A DNA stretch of 64,000 bases from Botryllus schlosseri. Taxonomy: Eukaryota. The DNA is taken from the NCBI GenBank assembly GCA_051294905.1, contig CM119373.1:498001-562000 (forward strand), given 5' to 3'. Every line of letters begins with the position of its first letter. Positions within the stretch are counted from its first letter, which is position 1. The notes under the pieces were generated by a model. That model was not told where the DNA came from, ran no database searches, and was given only the letters and a program-made list of their open reading frames with translations. Position numbers and translations under genes: made by a program. Below are positions 25,201-37,200 of the stretch, piece by piece.

Positions 25201-28200
25201 TACATCACACTTTCCATTTGGCTAAAGTCAATTTGACGGTAATTTTTGACCGGTTTGCCGAGCATTAAATTTGATAAAACTGGTATCAATTGAAAGCTAC
25301 CTTGGTACTGATTGCGAAAATATAAATTTGTATTCTGCTCGTGGCCCCGTAACCCCCCAAAATAAGCCTCGAATGCTGCATTGTAACGGAGTTCGGTATT
25401 ATAACGCAACCATACCGTCTGAGTAACTCAGGAGCAAGTGCACACGAGAGGGATAGTGTGATTGCTCAATCGGGTACGTAACAATGGCCAATACGCTTGA
25501 GGTTTGCGCTGCTCTAACTTGCTCCTGACGGCATGGTTGTGTCACAATTCCAAATTCCGTTACGATGCAACATTCGAGGCTGATTTTGGGGGGTTCCAAG
25601 GCAACGAGGAGATTTTTTTTTATATTTTCGCGATCAGTACCGCTTTCGAATGATACCCGTTTTATCAAATTTTGCGATCGGCAAGCCAGTCACTATAGGA
25701 CACCATGATTGCACCGCATGTTAATTGATCAGCGAGAAGCAGACATGGCGGCCCCTGTGTGAAGATGCTGTTCTCAAGTCTACATTATATCTTCGTCATT
25801 ATCGGCGAGAAATGGCTTTGAAGTTACATTGCTGTCGTTAAAATACATTCATTAAATATGATTTATTCCGTGTGTGGCTAAATGGGCGAATAATGAATCG
25901 ATTCAGCTATCCGGCCCACCAAGTACTTAATTTTCCTATATCCGGCCCGCCGACTCGAGAAGTTGCCCGCCCCTGCTGTAGAAACATTCTTCATTCTTGA
26001 ACTTGTGAGAAAGAAATCTGTTTTGATATGAAAACGGTTCAATGTCCAAGTTTTCGCGTGTTCAGTAATTCTAATTCTGATCTGATTTGCAAAAAATGTG
26101 CAGTGATAACTCTAAATCTGATATAATTTGGAAAACATTGTGCAGTTATCATTCTATTTCTAATCAAATTTGTAAGATACTGTGCAGATATAATTTTAAT
26201 TCTAATCTACTTTGAAAAACTGTATGAATATCATTCTAATTCTAATCTAATTTGGAAAAATTTGGGTGCATTCATCATTATATTTCTAATCTGTTTTGAA
26301 AACAAATGCACAGTTATCATTCTAATTCGAATCTAATTTGGAAAATATGTGCAGTTATCATTCTAATTCTAATCTACCTTGAAAAAAACTGTGCGGATAC
26401 CATTCTAATTTTAATCTAATTTGTAAGCTACTGTGCAGTTATTATTTTAATTCTAACCTACTTCGAAAAAAGTGTAGTTATCAGTGTAATTCTAACATAA
26501 TTTGTGCAGTTGCCATTGTAATTCTAATCTAATTTGGAAAGAGTGTGCAGTTATAACTTTAATTCTAATCTAATTTGGATATGCTGAAAATTTTCTAGCT
26601 GTCCCTTTTTAGCCGATACCTTTATTTGACTCCACTGCGATTCCTTAGCGGCGAAGCGATCTTTGATGAGTTGCTGTTCTTCTCGCAGCTTTTTCAAATC
26701 GTTTTGCAGAATTTCTTCCAGCACGATTTGCGGGAGCTCGGCAAAATCCTCTTCCAGCTCTTGAAGCTGTTTTCGGAACTCTGCCGACAATATTGCTTTA
26801 CATTAAATCCAGACCAATACCGGGATTTTTAGTCGGTACCCGTGAAGCTGATAACGTGACACCTATTCATTGATAATCCTGATATATTGAGCCGAATTAT
26901 AGAAATATACATCTAGCGCACATTTCCAAAACTTAATAGCATTTATTAACACAGCTTTACAGCAATTACTGTGTTTGGACATAAAATAAACTAGAAAGAT
27001 TACATCTGGACCACTGCCGTGCTGTGATGTCACGAAAATACGAATATTTCTTCGCCTTTCATACCGATATCCAGTAGATAGATATTCAACTCCAAAAGTT
27101 GAAATGACGTTCTGAAACTAATCTTTTATTGCTAGGATATGACTGAACCATCAAATTTAAAAAAAAACGCTGACAATGTCATGAAGCTTGGTCGGAATAT
27201 CATGAAAATATGCATTTGCAATTTACCTTGTAAGGCGATGTTGTGAAATTCTTTAGTCTGAGCTTCGTAATTCAGCAATTTCGCCACAATCACGTCCCCA
27301 TATTGCTCAAAATTGTCCTGCAAAGCAATAATAATAATAATCTGATATCGTAAAAGAGCATATACGATACTATACTATAGGCTACTATGTATATCGTATA
27401 AATATCTGTATAGTTTAGAATATGATGGTGTAATCATAAACACAAATTGGGTATGGAGCTATTTACTCAAGTAGTTATGTTATACGCTACTTCCTGTCCT
27501 GCTTAACAGATTTCAAACAATACTAACTACATTATAAACTTTGGATTTTAAAAAGTATATGGTAGCATAGTGTCCTATATGGTATGGATACGAGGCAATC
27601 TCACGGCTCAGTGAAATTGGTCTACGTCGCACTTTCCATTTGACTGAAGGCAATTTGACGGTAATTTTTGACCGGCTTGTCGAGCATTAAATTTGATCAA
27701 ACGGGTATCAATCGTAAGCTGCCGCAGTACTGATTGCGAAAATATAAATTTTATTCTGTTTGTGATCCTGGGACCCCTCAAAATCAGCCTGGAATGTTGC
27801 ATTGTAACGGAGCTTGGTATCGTGATGCAGCTATGCCGTCTGGGAGCAGGTGAGAAGCAGCAAAAACCGCAAGCGTATTGGTCATTGTTGCGTAACCGAT
27901 TGAGCATTCACACTCTCACTCTCGTGCGCACTTGCTCCTGAGCTGCTCAGATGCGTCACAATACCAAACTCAGTTACAATGTAACATTCGAGGCTGATTT
28001 TGGGGAGTTCCAGGACCACGAGCAAAAAATTTTTTATATTTTTGCAATCAGTACCGCAGTAGCTTTCGATTGATACCCGTTTGATCAATTTTAATGCTCG
28101 GCAAGCCAGTCAAAAACTATCGTCAAATCGCCTACAGCCAAATGGAAAGTGTCCACACCATATAGGACACTATGACAGTAGTTTTGAGTTTTATGAGCGA

Positions 28201-31200
28201 TACAATTGTAATGTGCATGTAAAATAGCCCACGTATCACGATAAGTGAATATATTTTAAAAGATCTTACCTATTTCTAGCGTCATGAGCTGTTTTGCATT
28301 AATTACGAATGCGCATCTTGCGTTTATAAAGCACCCACCTCCAATTAACTGCGAAAAGTATGCTATTTTTGGAAAAAATCTGCTTTTCGAGACAATTCAC
28401 TTGAATACTTTTCATACCTTTTCTACAGCCATTGGATATCTCTTCTTCTAATTGGAATTAAGTTACTTTAGCTTCTACTAGAAGTAGTTTTGAAATGTCT
28501 CAGGACTAGACAATGCTACTTCAAATCATGTAAAAAATTACAGCATTACTTCCACTTCAACTTAAGAACGCAAAACTGTAGCCTTGTTTGAGCCTAAGCC
28601 AAAATACAATTTACCTGAATATGCTGCGGCCTGGTAACCGACCGTATGCCTTTCTGCTTGTAATAAAACTCTCCCGTAGACAGAAGACCGTCCAAAGTGT
28701 CGTGGAGTATAGCTTTGATCTGAAAATAAGGCAAAACATATATTGACAGCAGTCAGAGGATGACGTCTAAGTCTACTCTCCTATGACAAAAGAAACTAAT
28801 CACATATAAATACGGTTGGTCACCTTTGATTCGAAAAACTCTCCTTGCGGTCTCTCGTTACCAAACACCATGAGTCTGGCTTCGAATTTGGTGTCACGTT
28901 TTCTGTAGTTGCTCGAGTTTGCTCGGCTGAAAAAAAAAGGTTTTAAGGCTCAAATATCATTTTGTTGAACGCAAACTACTGGGTTTCCGAAACTTGCAAC
29001 TAGAACTAGAACTACTCACTTTTCTCAATGCACAGCTACATCTATAACTAGAACTAACGACCTTTAAAAATACGCCATTGATTAAGTAGATCTAGTTGTG
29101 GATTTCTAAAAGTGAGTTGCAGGTTACTAATTCTAGTTCTAGTTGCACTTTGGAAAAGTGAGTAGTTCTAGTTGTAGTTCTAGTTTAACTGCAAGTTTTG
29201 AAAAGTTGGTAATTCTAGTTCTAGTTCTAATTGCGCATTTTGCAAATCCAATAGTTCTACTCCAAGTTGTAGCCTAGTTGCAAGTTTTGAAAAGTGAGTA
29301 GTTCTAGTTCTAGTTGTAGCTGTGCATTTTCAAAATCCAGTAGTTCTAGTTGCAATTCTAGTTGCGATGTTTGCAAAGTGAGTAGTTTTAGTTGCAGGTC
29401 TAGTTGTGCATTTTGAAAATCCAGTAATTCAGTTGTAGCTACGAATTTTGAAAATTGAGCAGTTCTAGTTCTAGCTACGCATTTTGAATATCCAGTATTT
29501 CTAGTTGTAGTGGCTAGTTTCGATAAATGAGTACCGTAGTTCTAGTTAGAATCGCAAGTTTTTAAATGCGAGTAGTTCTAGTTCTAGTTATGCATTTAGA
29601 AAATTGAGTAGTTCTAGTTCTAGTTCTAGTTACGCATTTTGAATATATAGTATTTCTAGTTGTAATTGCAAGTTTTTAAAAGCGAGTAGTTCTAGTTTAG
29701 CATTTTGGAAATTGAGTAGTTCTATATGCAGTTACGGGTTAATAGTTCTGGTTTTGACGCGAGACTAGGCAAAGTGTTATGATATCACAAATGTATATTC
29801 GTTCAACAACTTGAAACATACGCACCTCTCCGGTTCTTTCTTGCGGCCTTTGTCTGAGCTACTGACGCTGCCGGCGATGCTACTTAGAGTACTGCGTCTT
29901 TTAAAGCTGCCTCTTCGAAGCCTTGCTGTGCCAGTCTAGAATGAATCAACAAAATGTGAAGCCACCTTTTCAAAAAAGCACATAATACTCATTGGGATGA
30001 ATGGATGTTGTATTAATCAAGGAAATGTAATTATGCAGATACCTTATTCCATGTATGTAGGTTAGGGTTGTTCAGAATTGACCGACTTTCTAAAAGTCAT
30101 GGTTTTCAGCCCTTTATCATGCCTTATCCCCGAAAAACATATTCTAGCTATTTTTTTCTATAACTAATCCCTTGCATCTGTGTGCATGTTGAGCTGGAAT
30201 TAAAACGATTGGAAATGGTTGATAACCCAAAAATTTGAGTGTCGCGATTTTACTTGCGATGCGAACAATTCGATATCACATAACAGAGTTATGAAAAGTG
30301 GATTTAACAAGACTTTTACGGGAAAATGAGCAGTCAACACAATGACTTGGACTCGTACTCAAGTCATAATACCATGACTCGGACTCGAACCTCTGCTCAC
30401 TCGATTTGACTCAAGTCATAACTGTAAAAGTGAGATTGAATTGTGACTCGGAGCCTGGTGACAACCCTACATAATCCCGATAATTTTCCATTGAAATAGT
30501 CATCATTACATTAACATTGCAATTGCTTGATCATTGGCAGTAATGATTAAATAATGATTGACCCTGATCCAGGTCTGCAATTGTGATACGTATAGCAGCG
30601 ATGTAAATGAGACATACTTGTGATGGAGCAGTTGAAATTGGAGGTCTCGCCGCGCTGGCCAAAAGTGATCTGCCATCGTCTGCGTCCTGATCGTGAACAA
30701 TTTGAGTCCTGATAAAGAAAACACAATGGCGAAACTCAAATTAGTACTTATCACTTTTCAAAATTCACATCTACAACTAGAACTAGAACTACTGATTTTT
30801 CAAGACCCTCACTGCAACTAGAACTATGCACTTTTCAAAATTCACAGCTACAATGAGAATTAATCATTTTCCAAAATCCACAATTGGAACTTGAACTACT
30901 CATTTTCCGTGACACACAACTAGAACTATCCATTGTTCAGAAGTGGAACTACTACAAAACAGTAGTTAAATGCCCGCCAACGACCTACATTGTTAGTTTA
31001 TGTCACCTGGGTACAGCCGTAAGTGACACATGAGTGGCTTAAAAAGCACTCAAAGTGAGAAATTACCAATATACCGACCTTAAAATACTCTTAATCATCC
31101 CGATAGCAGAGTCCTCTTGATGCTGACTCCTTCTCGTGCTACCCCCTGTTAGTAACTCGATGCGACTTGGCGTGAGACCACCCGCGATGGTGCCTTTTCT

Positions 31201-34200
31201 GCCTGTTTTTGGGGGCGACTGAGGCCGGCTTTTTCTGCGTACCGATTGTTTGGAGGTGGGTTGTGAGGTGAGGCTTTGTCTGGAAGGTGGGTTGTCGTGG
31301 ATGGAACGATCCGATAAGTCAACTGCGCTGCCCTGTAGAGATATTACTATTTGAAAATCTTCTTGGAGGTACATAACTTCAATATACAAGTGAATATTAT
31401 ATTCATATTGAAATGAAGATACTACTTCTAAATGAAGATATTACTATGTTGGAGAGACACAACTACCAGATATTCCGCTCTTACATGTTGGATAAGAATT
31501 GGAATTATAGCTACACAGTAATTTCAAAAATTAAGCTACAATTACAATTATAGGTATGCAGTTTTTTCCAAATTAGATCAAAATTAAATTATAGCTACAG
31601 TCTTTTGCCCCGAAGTGGTATAGACATAGCTAATATTGAATGTTTCGGCACCTATAAAACGATATTGCTACACAGTATTTTCCAAAATTAAAACACAATT
31701 ACAATTATAGCTATATAGTTTCTCCAAATTAGGTTAAAATAAAAATTATAGCTACAGTTTTTTTTCCCCGAAGTGGTTTAGACATACCCAAACTAATATT
31801 GTATATTTTGTCAGTTATAGAATCAGATTGCTACACAGTATTTTCCAAAATTAAAATACAATATCACTTGTAGCTATACAGTTTTTTTCCGAATTCCATT
31901 AAAATTGAAATTATAGCCTCAAGTTTTTTCCCCAAGTAGCTTAGACATAACTGATATTGAATGTTTTGGCATTTATAGAATCAGATTGCTACAGAATATT
32001 TTCGAAAACTAAAATGCAATTATAATTATAGCCATACAGTCTTTTCCAAATTAATTTAAAATCAAAATGATTGCTGCAGTTATTTTTTTCCCGAAGTGGC
32101 TTAGATATAATTAATATTGCATGTTTTGGCACTTATAGAAAGAGATTGCTTCACAGTATCGTCCAAAATTGAACTACAATAAGAATTATAGCTATACAGT
32201 TTTTCCCAATTAATTAAAATTAACATTATAGGTTTTAGCTACACTTTTTTCCACAGGTGGCTTAGACATAACTAATATTAGAGATTTTGGCACTTATAGA
32301 AAGAGATTGCTATACAGTATTTTCCAGAATTTAACTACAATGAGAATTATTAGATTAAAATTATATCTACATTTTTTCACCGAGTTGCTTAGACATAACT
32401 AATAGTGGATGTTTTGTCATTTACAGAAAGAGATTGCGCTGTGCTATTGAAAGAGACAAACTTGTATGTTCTACCGGAGGTGGTGCTTCTGACTCATCGA
32501 CTCGAACGTGGCAGTTGAGATAGTCCGCTCGATCCTGCAGGAATTTCATAACTTCATCCGCGTATTGCCGGAGAAATTCGGTGGAAATATCCTACAGACA
32601 AACACAATAATGGAAGATTAGCAATGGAAATTTTGTACAAATTTGAAAATCGCAACAGACTTATGCAGTCAGACTTGTACAAACTACCTAGCTGACGGTC
32701 TTCTAACTGTCGTTTCTTGAGTAGTTCGAGTTTTAGTTGCGTATTCTGGGAAGAGAGAAGTTCTAATTCTAGTTCTAGTTGCACATTTTGAAGAATAGTT
32801 CTAGTTCAAACTGTGAATTTTAAAAACAGAACTTCTTGTTCTGTTAGCGACTTTTGGACAGTGACTAGTCCTAGTTTTCATTGCGAGATTTGGAAAGGAG
32901 TGTGGTTTTAGTTCTAGTTGAACAATTTGAAATGAGAGTAGTTCTAGCTGTAATTGTGAATTTTAAAATGAAAGTGGTTCTAGTTCTAATCTAGTAGCAC
33001 ATTTTGGAATGAGTAGTTCTAATTGTGAATTAGAAAAAGAGAGTAGTTAATTTCTAGTTACAAGTTTTGGACAGTGAGTAGTTATAGTTCTAGATCTAGT
33101 CTAGTTGACATTATGAAAAGAGAGTGGTTCTAGTTCTAGTTCTAGTAGCACATTTTGGAATGAGTAGTTCTAATTGTGAATTATAAAAAGAGAGTAGTTA
33201 ATTTCTAGTTACAAGTTTTGGACAGTGAGTAGTTATAGTTCTAGATCTAGTCTAGTTGACATTTTGAAAAGAGAGTGGTTCTAGTTCTAATCTAGTAGCA
33301 CATTTTGGAATGAGTAGTTCTAATATTGAATTTTAAAAAGAGAGTAGTTCTAGTTCTAATTGTGAATTTTAAAAAGAGAATAGTTCTTGTTCTAGTTGCG
33401 AGTTTTGGAAATGAGTAGTTTCCAGTTCTAGTTCTAGTTGAACATTTTAAAAATAGAGTAGTTCTAGTTCTAATTGTGAATTTGAAAAAGAGAATAGTTC
33501 TTGTTCTAGTTGCGAGTTTTGGAAATGAGTAGTTTCCAGTTCTAGTTCCAGTTGAACATTTTAAAAATAGAGTAGTTCTAGTTCTAATTGTGAATTTGAA
33601 AAAGAGAATAGTTCTTGTTCTAGTTGCGAGTTTTGGAAATGAGTAGTTTCCAGTTCTAGTTCTAGTTGAACATTTTAAAAATAGAGTAGTTCTAGTTCTA
33701 ATTGTGAATTTGAAAAAGAGAATAGTTCTAGTTTCAGTTGCAGATTTTGAAAAGGGAGTAGTTAAAGTTCTAGCAATTGCTTTGACCAATTGAAAGTATC
33801 AATGTCATGGTTTTGGCAAAACTGCTCAAGTATGCAATATGGAAAAAAAATTCATACCATACTTGAAAATTTCCATATTCCACACAGAAATTTCGTTCTA
33901 TACCTTGGTAAAATTGACATTCCGCTCAGATTATGAAATGATGTCTAATGATTTACAGATAAGAATTTGAGTACGGTATATAAATTAAGTATGTTACAGG
34001 CATGCGTTGAACACCCACGCACCTCTTTATCAGGATGTGGATGTTTACAAGCATCTATCCTGGACTTGACGAGCTTGACATGTCGTCCGATGTTGACTCC
34101 CATTCCGTTACAATGCTGGACTTCAGTTTTGATGCGGACTTGCGAGTTTGTGACGAATCTTTGGACTCGCTCGATGAACATCAGGTCGATCATATGATTA

Positions 34201-37200
34201 CGGAATCTTTAACGAGAAAAAACATGAAATGCAGAGTGGGTTTGCCCAAAAATAACTTGCGTTTGTCAAATTTCACAGACTAAATACTGTTTTTAGTACT
34301 GCTAGTTCTAGTTGCGAATTTTATTACAAGACTAGTTCTAATTCTAGTTTTAGTTGCGCATTTTGAAGAAATATTAATTGCGAATTTTGAATAGTTGGTA
34401 CCAGTAGTTCTAGTTCTAGTTCTAGTTAATCATTTTGAAAAATTAGTACCATTTGTTCTAGTTTCAGTTGCAAATTTTTAAAAGTGATTAGTTGTAATTC
34501 TAGTTTAAGTTGATCATTTTGAAAAGGTAGTAGGCCTACACATAGTTCTAGTTCTAGTTTCGGTTGCAAATTTTGAAAAATTAGTAGCGGTAGTTCTAAT
34601 TCTAGTTTAAGTTGCATATTTAGAAAAGCTAGTAGCACTAGCATAGGCGCTGAACTCAGGTATGCTAGGTATGCCGCGCATACCTAGGAATTGTTTTGGG
34701 TATGCGGCATACCCAGAATTCGGTTTGGTCTGTTACTGACTGGCTGGTGAATTGATCGATTTAGAAATAAGCGTTTCGTAGTGCTGCTGAACACGTAAGT
34801 AAACCGGCAGCAATACGTTCAGGCGCTTAACAAAACTCCGTCCTTCAGTTATCAGTTGTCCGTATTTTGTCAGTGTTGCGCGCGGCCACGGCCAATTAAC
34901 CGGAAGCGCGTTTCCAATTTGCGAGAATCGTTTGTGCACAATGTAACGCAACGCGATCTCGACGCTGAGATGATTGCGAAATTAGGTCATTGATTACCGC
35001 GCGCAATCGTCGCAGGCCTGATTTATCGCGTCTCCGTCAGGTCTAGTTCCGCTGGCTTGATGAATCGCATCTGCAATAGGCCCGGTCCGCACTATACCAT
35101 CACTGGCCTGCGCACGATGACATCGTTGGCCTACACAATTGCGTCTGCGTGGTTCGAAGTATACCATTGCCGGCCTAACTATCGCGTCTCCGGCCTAGCA
35201 TGCTTTGGCTCCTATCTATCGGTTGTGATTAAAGATTGATATCACGAAACTTGCTAACATCGAATCTCCGCAAAAATGTGTGACTTGTGCCAACATGCGT
35301 ACTTGATTTCCGTTTAATACTTAAACATAACCAATAACCATCAGAAGATGCGAGTCAAGGCTTGAGTTTTGAGAAAGGTTTGAATCACCTGAAATCGATG
35401 CGGATTCCATTATAGAACATACTCCATAACAACTCGGCTATGCGCCTGAATATTTGAGCAAACGCGAGTTGTCAGAAGACGCAACGCGAGGCAACAAGAC
35501 AGAGAACTCGATACTCAAGATGTCAATTTCTATATGCGCGAAATGTTTCGATTGTCATCTCCTGCTGTGAAGGAACATGATATCTTATGCGCCGGCCGGA
35601 ACTATCGCTCTTCTGTGATTGTGATGTCAGACTGGCTCAGACATTGAACAATGAACATGGACGGAATTGATTGAAATACATACTGACCGTGAACAGACAG
35701 CGGCGTAATTGATTTTGACTAACGCTAATACTAAAACAGAACGATCAGAAAATGTCTTGCAGGCTCTTGATATTGAAACTTCTAACTCCTATGAAATCAA
35801 AGTCACTAATGAATAGAGTCCAGACTTTCTATTTGGGAAAATAATTCCTGCAACCTTATTAGCCGTCGCCGAAGATGCGTATTCGTTTGTTCTCGAGGCG
35901 GATTGATTGAAATCTCCCGATTGTCGGCGCGTGTGTTGGCGAATATGTTGCGGAGATTGCGAGCTCGCTAATTGACTACACAGTCGCACGCGTTGGTAAT
36001 TTTATGGTAGCATGATGTGTCGAGTATATTACACAAGAATGCTGATCCGATCGATGTATTATCGGCATTAGTGCATGTTCTTAACCATAATAAACTGATG
36101 CTACCTTGGTAAATTTGAAATGGATTCAATCAATTCAGCAAGAGGCCGGATGGCTACGCGGCCTGCTTAATCATATCGTAATTTTGTCACCATATGTGCC
36201 AGGTGATATTGAACGCTTGCGAGTCGACTAATTTGCCAATTCTGGCGCACTATGACGTCATCCCTTTGTGACGTCATCGATCTCGCATACCTAGGGAAAA
36301 TTAGAGTTCAGCGCCTATGAGCACTAGTTCTAGTTCTAGTTTTAGTTGCGCATTTTGAAACGTTAGTACCAGTAGTTCTAGTTCTAGTTTTAGAGTTGCA
36401 AATTTTAAAAATGGATTAGTTCTAATTCTAGTCTTATTGATTAGGTCCATGGTATAAGTCGAGTCAACACACAAAGTGACTCAAGTCAATTTGAGTCAAC
36501 ATTCATTTGCAAGAAAATAACCCGAGTGAAGTTGAGTCCAAAATATGGCAAGTGACTTGAGTACAAGTTGAGTCAATAGACAAATTGACTCAAGTCGAAT
36601 AATTTCCGTATGAAAAATGACTCGAGTCATGTCGAGTCTATAAAACATTCCGACGTGAGTCATCACAACACTATAGTTTAGTGTAAAACTATCGTAAATC
36701 TTACCTGTCTTCAAATTTGAGCACAATATCAGTAGCGTGGTCCAAACGCTTCGATTCCATCCCTTCCATGTCCTGCATGATGACGCCTTCAGCTACATCG
36801 ACACGGTGGGACATTTTCTCCAGCTTTTTACGCAATTCCACTGTTTCTTCAGGTGAGAAATTGCCTCCTTGCGAGAACAGTCTGCGATTTATCATAGAGA
36901 AATGTTTGGTAGTTTTATTGATTAGTATCGTGGGCAGGTTTGGGCAGCTGGAAAACGTTCTTTTCTTCAAATTATATTATAATTAGAACGTTAGCAATAA
37001 AGTTTTTTTTCCAAATTATACTAGAATTGGAATGATAGCGACACAGTTTTTTCCAAATTCGATTAGAATTGGAATTATTGCTTCAGTGTTTTTTCTTCAA
37101 ATTAGATTACAATTAAAATGATAGATCCACTGTCTTTTAAATTAGACTAGAATTAGAATTATTGCTACAGTTACTTTTTCAAATTAGATAATTGTTACCA

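Noticed and set aside
33292..33789. 165-aa repetitive ORF (TRTRTILFFKF...)
   Set aside because: Translation of the TTCTAG 120-bp tandem repeat; not needed for the CCDC180 frame
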